The notes under the pieces were generated by a model that saw nothing but the letters and a program-made list of their open reading frames with translations, did no database searches and was not told the DNA's origin. A DNA stretch of 64,000 nucleotides from Leucoraja erinacea. Taxonomy: Eukaryota. Below are positions 37,855-50,027 of this stretch, piece by piece; position 1 is the stretch's first letter; every line of letters begins with the position of its first letter. The DNA is taken from assembly GCF_028641065.1 (NCBI RefSeq), contig NC_073383.1, forward strand, positions 21,700,001 through 21,764,000, given 5' to 3'. The position numbers and the translations under genes are program-made.

Positions 37855-40800
37855 TACTGCTCGACTCGTTCAGACAGGTCAATGCCAAAGAGTTATTGAT
37901 GAACAAACCCGATTAAAATTCACCTCTTTTTTTAACTGCCCACACAAGTGCTGCGACTTTTGATCTAACAGATTTTGACCTAGAGAATGTCAATGCAAAC
38001 TAAGTGTTTGGGAAGTGAGGCCTATATTTATTCATAGATTCTGTGGTTCAATGAAAGCTATTATTGTCAACAGTCTGCCAAGAGCTTTCCTACGTATAAG
38101 TACACCGATTTTAAAAACAAAATTGAATTTTTCAAAAGTTCAGCTTTCTACTGACACAGAAAGCCATTTTCTTGCAGAAGCTGCTTCAGCATATGTCAAG
38201 ACTGTTTTGTTTTTCAGCAGCAATTGTCCTTCATTATTTATCAACGCCTAAAGATTCACATTGTAAAACTAGTGCTGAAACGATGGATCCATGGCGCTGG
38301 GCCATTGCTTTGCGAATACTGCTTAAACATTATGTGGACCCATTTAAAGTGAGTCGCTGCTCAACGTTTATCTAGCGGTAAAAGTATGCTGTTACTTGAA
38401 GAGTGTTTGTGGCGAATATCGCGTGGTGAGATGTTGCCTTCTATAGCAGTTGGACGATATCCTGGCAGAGGTTCTGATTATCTTAGTGAAATAGCAATGG
38501 TAGACCCAAGGTGAAAAGAAAGATTTACTATTCCTGTTGTAAAGAAGGTAGAATTTGAACATTTGTATTATTGTTTTCTGGTTGCCTGATAATAATGCAG
38601 ATTAATATTATACTGGTCATTTGAAATATGGGGACAGAGTCTGTCTAATATATGTAATATTTTGTTTTTTTATTATACGAATGCTGATACACTTTTTCTT
38701 ATGTGTATGATTTTAAAATGATAGTGTCGAATTATTCCCGTGAATCTGTTACTGGGTTTAGAAAGGACAAGAACCGAAGGATCCAGTCTCTATTTTTTTT
38801 AAAACCCAGAAATATTATAAACACTAATTGTTTCATCAATAATGACTCCACCGTCAACCTGGTCAAGTTGTACAAAATGTCGGTGACATTTTATGCAGGC
38901 AAACCTAGCGAAGAGATAATTGAAGAAAAGAAGTACCATTTTCCAGTCAAACAAATGCTTCAGCTAATATTAGAGCAGACGCGAGGCTGAACGTTGGGCC
39001 TGCGTGGTTGTATCTGGGGAGCTTTCGCATTTGATTCCACCTACAACTTTCTATTAGCTCATTACGAGTAAACTTTATACATCTTCTATAATTATTACCA
39101 CCTCATTTGCCAAGTCATTTTTGCAGATGTTGAAACCGGAACGATAACTTTCCTCCGAATGACCTTTTAAAAATGCAGTCTTGCACTGGGAGGCGCTGTG
39201 CCCGCCTTGCCCGCTTCATAGTCACAAGGCAGCTAAATCTGCTTCTCTTCCCTAATGTCAGAGGTAATTAGAGTTCAACATAGTCATGTTTTAATCGTAC
39301 TCTGCACCTATAACAAGTCTACCCCTTTCACAGAAGGAGAATGTAATTACACGACCAGTTAAATATCGCTATAAAAATAGATCACAAAGAATTCAAAAGA
39401 GTGTCCACAACAATTTTAACTGGAATCATGTCAGCATCCAGTTTACCAGTCACAATGCAACTACATCTTCACCTCACACAAATTTCACATTCAAAACAGC
39501 CGACCGTTTCTAGCCATTCGCCATGTTAATAAGAAATAATTCATTCAATAATACTTACTTCCGAGCTTCCTCCATTCCGCCAGCTCTGCAATAAAAAACA
39601 CAATGTATGCTGAGTGAATCGCGTTTAATATCATTCAATGCAAAATAAGAGCACAGGTGGATTTTCTAATCCAGATTAATATTAAACTAACGTACATGTT
39701 ATCTCCGGAGCACTGTGACATTTTACTTTCCAAGTTTAAAAAAAATAATTGTGATCTACAATGTGATTGGAATTGCCAGCACGCGTTGTTATAATGCAGG
39801 TTTGAAAACAGAAATTCGATCATTTATGCTTTGAGTAGCTAATTGATCTGACCATTATAGTTTCTCCTTTAGGGAAGGCATAAAGTCGTATCCATTTCAC
39901 GTACAACGTTATTTCAACAATTCATTCAGATTATCGTGGGCATTAATATAGCCTGGTGTTATTTTCTACTAATCTCTCTTCAATTAACGAGGCGATTCTT
40001 TTTTCCCCGAACAAATGTGAACAAAACATCGATTTATACACGGAACATCATCCTTTCGCCATAATTCGCCCTTAAAAAGTATTTTCGACGTGTTTCTCGA
40101 TGTTTTCTCGATGTATTCTAATCATTATTTGGTCAGTGCAAGTGATGTTGAACATTTTCAGCAGATAAAGCTTTCGCTTGTTTTGATGATACAGCTCATT
40201 AACCTTGAAGAATTCCAAAATCATGATTTCTGTATTTTGTTAAAATATAGCTTCAGAGTTTGCTATTAAACTAAAGGTGGTTAAAACAGTATCAACGTGC
40301 CAGACGTTTTTTTTGTGCAAAATATATTGTGATTATTTACAGCGCGTTGCTCTGTGTAAGCAATTTCCATTTCAGTTCTCGAGATGTGCATCTTTAGTCT
40401 GATTGATAATTTTACATTCGTTGGCGCAGGGAATATGAAGGATTTGAATCTGGGTTCATATAGTTTGTGGTTTCGCCCTCTACCCTCTTTCTCTTTATGG
40501 GTTTCTACCTTTACAATTAGTGTCAGTGTAGCGTAAAATTGAGGCAATGGGGTTTGTTTATTGGCGATTGCATTTTAAAGATTGGTGAAGGGAAATCCGA
40601 GTAACATCTCGCCAGTTGTAAGGAAACACTCACAGCACCTTTAAAGATCAGAAAGCTTTCTTTCAGAAGGTAATTGTAGGAAATGAGAACTCACTATTTT
40701 ATACATTAAGCACACCTTGTTCGTCATTGTTCTCGATTTCTTATCCAAATTGCAACGAATGTGATCGATTACAAAACCCTCGGGACAGTGAATAAAACGT

Positions 40801-43107
40801 TAGCATCTATAACTGAGGGGATAATTTTACAGTTTGATACAATCTCAGCAAATTAATATGGGCACAATAAAGGATTTGTACATTTGATTGCATAACGTTG
40901 AGAATTGCTTTTAAAATTATTTCCTATCTCTAAATATATTTTCATTTCAGCCTCTCGGTATAAAAGAGGTGTTTGGTTTTCGGTTAACAGCATAACCCTT
41001 CCAAGATCTATTTTAGGAAGCACTGAGTAATCTTTAAATTATAATGCCATATCAAATACACGTCATTCAATTTAATAAGTAATTCTGCTCAGACATATTC
41101 ACAAGATAAGATCATGTTGATTTTGTGTTTCTATTTTCCTTTAACGGAATGCTTAAACGAACATGACAAACTTAATTCATCGATTTATAATTGCAATTAA
41201 AGTGGAATAACGTGCGTGATAGTTATTTGTCTGGTCCATTGCGATATTAATTTCATACTTATTCATTGTGTGCAGCCGTCACTACAGAGGGCTGTGGAAA
41301 ATGAACTCAGGCTGCACTAGATTTTGGGCTAGTCAAGAAACAGTACATGCGCCCAAGAGCCTGGAATGACATCAGGTGTCACGCGTCTACCAGCCCTGTA
41401 AACGACTAGAAATAACTTACTTGCTGCTTTCCCAGCGCAAAGGTACAAGGCACTTGCACATCTCCAATGCATAGCGGCGGATCAGGACAGCTAGCTTCTT
41501 GGTGTCACTTTCCACAGGCCTTCTCGAAAACACTAACCATCTGCACTTGTCTGCTCTTAACCTAATATATGATGTGAATTATATTTCGGCGTGTCAACTC
41601 CCCTAACCATAAAACAAAGTTTAATGGCGTCACGTGCCCCTGTGCAACCAGTCAGGACCTGGCTCTGCGGCGTCCATATAAATAACCCTTAAAGTTTAAA
41701 ACTTTTATTCACTAAAGACAGCCTTGTTCATTGAAATGTTCTCTCAGTAATATAAAGCTAAATCTCCGAGTACCCAGATGGACGTTTACCTTGGATAATA
41801 AGTTTTCTTTACTTTAAAACGCAATTTGGGCACCTATTTCCTATGCAACCACGACGATCTATTTACACTTGGTAAGTTTAAATACACTGTGTATCCGTGA
41901 CCGATAGCTTCAGTGATATAAAACTGGGTCGATTAGGAATTCAAGCAAGAATTCCTTTATAACATTTAGAGTTTCCTGTGACATTGTTTTCCTATTTCAA
42001 TTGCTTCAATCATCTATTATTTCATCTTGTTTTAGAGTTAAATGCAGAGTTTAAATCCCCATTGGATTTTACCCTCCAAAATGATCCTGCAATGGAAACT
42101 AATGGAGAGCCCTCTGGTTTCCAACGCTCGTGCATTTCAGTTTCACCACTGGATTCACACATTGTAATAGTACAATATCAATAGACACCAATTATATAAA
42201 ACAAACTGATATGTTCAATCATTAGACGACATATTATCATATGTAAATGAACATGTCTGGAAACTGGATGCTGTACTTCCTGAACGAAGACGTATTCTCT
42301 TTTAACATCAAATATCGAATAGGTGTTAGCTCGGCCAAGAGTTCTTCCCAAGAACAATACCTGGCAGAACATATTGAAAGCCACTACATTTCTAGGACCT
42401 TTTACGAAAATCGAAGAACTCTGGTGTCGAGTGAATCGAAACAAAATGCGAATACAAAATCGCCTCGCTTCTCCCGCAAGTGCACAATACTTCTGAACAT
42501 GCACTGCAGCTAAAAACACTGAGTGAAGTATTTATTGGTAAAACTGTGTTTATTTCAACGTTGTAGACAAATCACCACTCATTTCATTTATATAGCACAA
42601 AGTCAGACATTTAAACATTATGTATGTACAGAATATACATAACAAGATATAGCTGGGAAGACAGAACGAATCTCAGAATTATTCAAACAAAGGAAAATCA
42701 CCGTTGATGTAAAAAAAAGATGAAAGTAAAAATATTTATCTAACTTTACAGAACATTATCAAATGATAGTATAAAAGAAGCATTCATCCGACCGAAGATT
42801 CAGCTACCAGCCACAGACAACAAGTTCATTCTGCTCTCCGATGTGAACTGTTTGCATGGCTACATTACACCGGCTGATCTCTTTATTGTTCTCCCTTCTG
42901 ATCTAAATTTAGGCATAGATATTATAAATATATATATTGAAAGAAAAAAAAAAGATGTTAACATCTGTTGATGATAAGTGATAAAATCTACTGATGACAG
43001 GGCGTTGAACCCACCAACGTATCTCACACAACATTTTATGTGGCCAAACAGGCTTCCCCATTGCAACGTAAAGGACAATAATATTATAGCCAGTTAGGTG
43101 TAACCGG

Positions 43108-43350
<243 letters not shown>

Positions 43351-43722
43351 TTAATAAAAAGTTAAAGATGAATTACTACACGCATTGGTGTAAATATATT
43401 ACATTATATCGTTTTAGACATCATTGTTTAATGCGCTTTACTACCCCAACAGAACAAAATAGACAAGTTCTCCGATAGATAAGTTGAAGTATTTTTAGAC
43501 ATGATTCAGTTTTCAAGATGCATAAAATGCAGTTCCTGACACGATTGCTGTAACCCGCTCAAAGCAACAGCTTATATTCTGATTTCATTCCAACTGTTAT
43601 GCTTTTACAAATAGCATGCTTTATTAATTTTGATTAAGTTACTCTGTTTCCAAATCTAAAAAAATCTTCGACCAAAATTACAAATGTATATCAAAAGTAT
43701 ATATTGGCGGCATTGAGCGTAC

Positions 43723-44230
43723 CTTGATTAAGGTGAAGCTTTTTCATCCATGGATATATTTGCATCTGCTGTGCTGAATCCTTGTCTAGTTGCCCACTTT
43801 CTGGTTTGGGGCTGTTCGTTCCCACAAGATGTTCATCGGTAACCGGTGATGTATCCTGACCACCGCGGTATGAATGAGTTGCCCCTGTGATTGCAGCCCC
43901 AGTTTTAATAGTACTATCTGACGGGCTTATCAAAGGTCCTGAGCTGAAGGTATGATCAGGAGACTTAGTTCTCACACTAGAAGAACTGTGAAAGGTGTTA
44001 CTGGCTGTCTGCATGAAGTCAGTAGACCTTTCACTGTCTCCACGAAGATTTGAGTTAGAACGAGTCATGCTGAGGTCTATCCCAGTGTAATCATAGCCAT
44101 ACCTGGCCGAAAGCATCGTCGACTCCCTAAAATGCTCCTCCACAGACGAGGCATTCCCATAACTCTGCAACTGATAATCGTGGCCATTTTGGTAGCGACC
44201 TGGGTAAGAGTTTAGAAAGTAGGAACTCAT
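43723..44230 (-). CDS. hoxd5: HoxD5 exon 1
   Basis: Hox5 N-terminus [33 protein letters not shown] motif and hexapeptide [10 protein letters not shown]; donor CAAG|gtacgc (phase 1). Confidence 0.92.
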
Positions 44231-44372
44231 CTGCCTTTTAGGGGATTGATTTGTGGTTCTTAGACGTTTATTCGCCACCAGAACGCGCGATATATAATGA
44301 AATATGGAAATAAAAGGCACATGTCATTTCTCTGCCTCCTACGTATGCAACCAAATATGGGACACAAGTTTA

Positions 44373-44405
44373 GATCACGTGCTTTTGTTGACCAGTCGTA
44401 AATTC
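44373..44405. promoter_or_regulatory. Hox5 proximal promoter element
   Basis: gatCACGTGcttttgttgaccagTCGTAAAtt about 150 bp upstream of the ATG; resembles the conserved HoxA5/B5 promoter motif. Confidence 0.7.
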
Positions 44406-44473
44406 TTGTGCCTGACCCTGGGGGTAATTCATGCAGTGAGAATGCTTACTGTGATTCAGCGAGCCTTGTCCTA

Positions 44474-44490
44474 CAGCGCCTCCTTCTGAC
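44474..44490 (-). promoter_or_regulatory. CTCF-like motif just 5' of HoxD5
   Basis: Minus strand TCAGAAGGAGGCGCTG compared with consensus CCASYAGRKGGCRS; position is equivalent to the Hox5|6 boundary sites. Confidence 0.6.
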
Positions 44491-46090
44491 ATCCACGGAG
44501 AAAACCAGGCTCAGGTCGCCAAAGCAAAATTGAAAGAGACTTTGATGCGTAAAGGGGTTTGTATGTTTTTTTGTTCCTGAATGGTTTCATTTTTTTGCAT
44601 CAAAATTGTTCACGGATTAGGGTAACCCTTAACTATGAACTCTTCTTTCTGTTATCTGAAATCACCAATTATTCAACGGGGACATGTATAGGAAAGTGCA
44701 CGTTCAACGTTTGTATACATAGAAAACAAGAGTATACAATCATTTAAAATCGCAGTTATCGTACGCCGTGATATACTGCACCTTTGTCGCAGCCTCCAAA
44801 AATCATGCGATGATTTTAATACCTAAAATTATTCACAAAGAATTCAACACACATCACGTCTTTTCACTTGAGTTGAATTATTTTTTTTTACTTTGTATTA
44901 ACTATTTATTCGACACCAACATTTGAGGTACACTTTGAGTAAATAATTATATTCACGACGAAGAACCTGTTAAAAGATCCTAAATATTTCCAATGCATAA
45001 TATGACTTCAGGATTCATATTGTACTCTGTATTACAACGGGGTGGACCTTTTAGATGTTGTTACTGGTGTTAAAATACGCCAAGCAAAATATTTTCTTAA
45101 GCAAGAACCAAACACGCCATTCAAATCTACAGACAATGCACATTTCATCAAGGCTTTCACAGACTGCAGTATGTTGTTTTCGTAGAATACTGGATTAGGA
45201 CTGTTTAGCCACTAATCAAATATCTTTACAGAAAATTTATTTCACATACTTTGCACTTAGTTTATTTTTCTGGTTTACAAATAGGCGATTCATCTTGCAC
45301 TGTCTTTTGAGCACAGGATCCCAGATAAGTATTTGCTTTCTATTTTTATCGGGCAATGGTTAAGGAAATAAAAAAGGATGATGAATCTTTGTTATTTTAT
45401 ATGTTAAATTATTTTCTGATTGATTAAGTTGAGGCTTGTTACGAGAGAACCACTAACCGAAAACGTAAGCAGAAGCGCGCAATGCACTTTTTGTTCCATT
45501 GTGCGATTCAACTGCACCGTAGCTTTGACGATATTTTCAACTGCAGTTGTTCAAAAATATATCAACTAGATCTGTTGCAAGATCTGATGAATATATATAC
45601 TGAGGTAATTACTAAACCGATTAGGTATCGAAAACGAACGATACGATTTGAGGGGCCGCACTATCGTTTGTCCTGCTCGGGAGGGATGTTTCACGGTGTG
45701 GAACTTTATTTGAGACACATCAAGTCGAATCCAGTTGGCTACTGATGCAGTAAAACCGCGACGGCAATAAATGTAATATCTGAATGCAGTGTTTGCTTTT
45801 TCCTCTTTGATTAATAGGCGAATTATAAATGCTTGATTGCGATCCGGAATCGCACATCTAATGAAGGCAACGAAACGATGTCAAAACACTGACTGCATTA
45901 ATCTGAGTCTGAAGAATTTGGCAAAGATCCGCCCATTGTCGCGGTGATACTTAACGCACGTGGGCTGTAGTTATCTGTTGCTGGCTGTTTTTTTAGGGAT
46001 TTAAAAAGGGTGTTTCCAAACCTCTTGGGTAAGTGAATTATGAAGCATTGAAATAGGATCGGCAGATTATTTGGCACTGCACCCCACCCC

Positions 46091-46091
46091 C

Positions 46092-46147
<56 letters not shown>

Positions 46148-46148
46148 A
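46091..46148. repeat. Compound (CT)n(CA)n microsatellite
   Basis: Seen directly. Confidence 0.95.
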
Positions 46149-49100
46149 GATACACGTACACACGCACGACCTTTAGTTTGAAAGTGTATTAACCGTGGTA
46201 AAACAATATTCACTGTTTTACAGTCGTGGAGTGTTGGCACATCGAGCTCTTTGTACTCTCTTGCCAGTGGGTACTTAAGAGTCTGGAGTTGAAATATTTC
46301 ATGACTAGATGTAAGGAGTACACACAATCGGGTACTGGGCCACCGCCCATTGTTCTCTGAAACTGAACAACTCTCCGTATTTGGGGAATGTTGCAGCATT
46401 ATTGTTTTTTCGGAAGTCCGGTCGAGGGCCTGGATTGGAAGTGTTCTAAACCTAAATATGACGTTAAATAGATCCAGCAATTTAGAACTTGAGATGGATT
46501 AAGTGTAAGCAGAAGAGCATGTAACATTCTAACGTATATTTTTCATTAATTGTCATAACATGGGGTCTGGTTTCATTTAGAGTTGGGGAATTTTGATTGT
46601 GTTTTGTCTTACAATTCTGAGCTAAGATCCTAATTGCTATAATCCAATTGACCGTCTAGCCCTCGTAAATCTAATTTTGCAGCAGCCGTCTTTGACAGTG
46701 GATGGAAGAAATTATATTTGCCCCATATTAATCAGTTGCTCTTCAACAATAGTGCAATGTATGGTTTCCAGTTCTGAGCTCAACTGAAGTCAAAATAAAC
46801 CCAGATTACCACTCCTTACGCCCCCGAAACTTCTGACGCAGAAAGCTTGTAATTAACTTTCCACTGGACGCGACAATAAACCCCGTCCCTACTGTGGAAT
46901 AAATGAAACAGTCCGCGCACCATATGCTAATGTTTTTGATGTTTCCTTTCTGCAGAGTTCTGGGCCTTGTAATAATTTCGAGAGAAGATCACGATCTGGA
47001 AATTATTTTATCGGTTCTGTGAAGAAGAGCAATATTCTGGGATCGCAGTAAATTGATTCCGGTTATACACCGCATTAAATATGTGGGATTTGTCGTAGAA
47101 GTTGTTTATGTTGGCATATATACCTTAAAACTGAAAATGAGCGCTACAAATTAAAAAACACTCAACATTTGTTGAAAATCGAATTATGTTTGTCACAGAT
47201 TTTAATTGAAAATGGTTCCATTAAAAAAAGAAATGTTGTTATTGTTGAATGGAAACCGTATTGGGGGGTTTACATATGAGCGTTGTTGATCCATTATAGA
47301 GCAAAAATCCTTCAGAAATATTCTGAGCAATATTCTTTAGTTATAACCTTCCATATAAAACTCTGGGTATTCAATAAACAATATCCAAACCTCAACAGAA
47401 CGATGTCCACATTCACCCTTAGCCGTTTTAGGAAGTTTTGCTTGGATAATCTGAAAATAAATTAAATAGTCCCACTTTGAAGTCGTGGAGTAAATCGTGA
47501 TTGGGAAAGAGGCACTTACTAATTATTTTCATAATGACAATTTATCTTTGTTTTGCTCCGAGATTTAGTTGTGCCGGATTATGACCCATCCGGCGGAAAG
47601 CGTGGTGCAAACATGAAAATCATCAAGAAGTCTTTCACTGAAATCTAAAAACGAATGGCGTATACTTGATGCAAACACGATTTAGTTTAACGAGAAAAAT
47701 TCAACAAATATTTAACATCTACACTTTTATAAAATTGAAATAAAAGATCTGAATGAATAACCGCTCCATAAGAATGCCAGTCTCAACCACAGATTGTAGC
47801 CAACACAGACGTACTGAAACCTACATGGAAACTGACTGAAGAACAATAATGAAAGCAAATCAATGCTTGAAAACTGTTGAAAATGCATACTACTTTCTCC
47901 AAGGACCAAAAGATTGTGCACTCCGCTGTCGCCAATCAGATATAAAATTTAAATGCTTCTTCTAAGTATTTTGTAATGAAAGTGCACTCACAATACCATT
48001 AAAGGTTTATTTGGTTCCAATACGTTGTGTGTGCTTTTTTTTTTTTTGTCGTGAGTGCTTCATTTCCACAACGTACCTGTCACTGTCCAAATGGACGCAG
48101 GTAGAAATAAGATTTTAAATTATTTATAATTTGCAAATATACCCCAATTGCCACTGGTGAACTAACATCGATGTTATTATATGCTGCATGGGTCAGGATG
48201 ATATATTATAGTTATATTTCATTTCTAATATGGGGTCTAAAAGATAAATTAGTTTATAGTCGAATTATATTGATTTTCAACGGCATGGGAACAGAAATTT
48301 CTTCCTTCAGCTCCGATGCAAAGTGGTGAACTTTTCGAATATTTTACCAGCAGAATTGCAGCTAAGATAAAGAAACAGTTATGGGAATATTCACATTACT
48401 TTTCCGCTACCGATATCTCAAGTTTCAAGCTTGCACATATTTCCCCATCAGGCTGTTGCAATAAAAAAATAATATTGAGAAATTAGAATAGAAAAAGATT
48501 GCGGTGCTTTTATTTCGTGTTTTGTATTGTGACGTTACCAACATGAATTTGGAACAGTTTACGTCAAATCAGAAACATTGCTCAGAATATCCTTATTCTG
48601 ATGTCTCAGAACAAGGTTTCAGAATATAGACATTGGAGTTCTTATACACAATCCAACTGAATGAACAAATGCAACTCGGCATAACATCTTCAGAAAGCAA
48701 TTGATCAGATGCGCAAACCGAAAGTGTTTGCACAATGACAAAATACTAGACAGCTCTATGATCGTCTAACCAACATCAAGGTATTGAAAAGACCTCTTCA
48801 TGTTGACCGCGGGAAGATTGTGCTAAGAGTATTGCTCATTTGTGCAGACTGCAGTCACGTGATAAAATATCATTAAAATGTTACGCTGAGCTTTTCTCCC
48901 AAAATCCCAAAGCACTCGATGTTTTCAAAGCCAGAGTTTGCCTCACGGACTTATTAGCATCGTTAACACAAATCCATCACTCACTGCTGCAACTTTTCAT
49001 TTGACGAGAGAAAGAGTTCAACCTTCATACCCTCCGCCACAACACGGTAAAAAAGAGCATAGAAAGCCGCAGACCCAAGCCGCCAATCACTGAGGCGGTT

Positions 49101-49954
49101 CACTGGCGACCCGCCCGAAAACCAACAAGCACTAGAGAGGCACCGGCAATAAAAGTAGCAAATATATATATTTGTATATAAATGTTGTATATATATATAA
49201 TCTTAATTGAACTAGGCAAACCGAATAATCGTCACATGAGATGCTGGACACAAATGTCAGTTGTGTTGCAGTAACACTATTATCGCAAAGATTGGACCGA
49301 ATAGCAACTCTGTTTCATTGCGGGAAATAAATATTTAATGAATCTGCCGCACAGCCACCGTTTATACTCAACCGGTCACCTGGACCTGGTTAGAATGCGC
49401 CGTTTGAAAACCAGTCGTGCTGCTTGTTAATGTATCGAGCATTTCCCGACCTGGCAGAACAGCTGCCTAGAACTGAACCAGCGAAGGCAACGCCGTTGCC
49501 ACGCATTACAATACTGCTGTCTGCAACAGCCGAGCAGGCGAGAGCAAAAACACTTACCGGTTTCATGGCGTTTCCCCCGATCGGGAACCAGGTGGATTTT
49601 GTATTCCATTTGTACAGTTTCGATTATCAAAATAACTTAAAAATAGGTAAAGCGAGTTGGAGGGTAAGTTAGAGGTTGTTAGCAGACGTCAGAGGTCTGA
49701 GAGAAAGATCAGATTGCTAAAATCCCAGCATGAGTCGAATCACTTCCTCATAGTTATACAGAAAAGGGTTGAACACCGCGAATAGAGCGGAAAGTCTCCC
49801 CCTTTTTCCCAAGCAGCTGGCGCCAAATACCAACGACAAAAGCAGGCAAGGGGAGATACTGACAGAAAAGACGGTTTGAGACGAGTTAGCAGCGGAATGC
49901 AGTGAAATATTCACAAGGGAAATCATGAAAAGGCCATGAACGCAGTTACTTGCT

Positions 49955-50027
49955 TCACATGACCAAAACTAGCCAATGGCAGCGCCGGCTCCCTCGTAAA
50001 AGGTCCATTACAAAGTTGTAAATTTTC
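49955..50027. promoter_or_regulatory. Orphan Hox-promoter-like element between HoxD8 and HoxD5 (candidate H8/7-6 four-cluster sequence)
   Basis: TCACATGA-n10-CCAAT followed by TCGTAAAA, CCATTA and GTTGTAAA; no Hox gene adjacent. Confidence 0.6.

Noticed and set aside
49717-49926. 69-aa ORF below the orphan promoter as a HoxD7 exon-1 pseudogene
   Set aside because: Only vague similarity (VFNPFLYNY) to Hox N-termini and no hexapeptide, so a pseudogene call is not supported.
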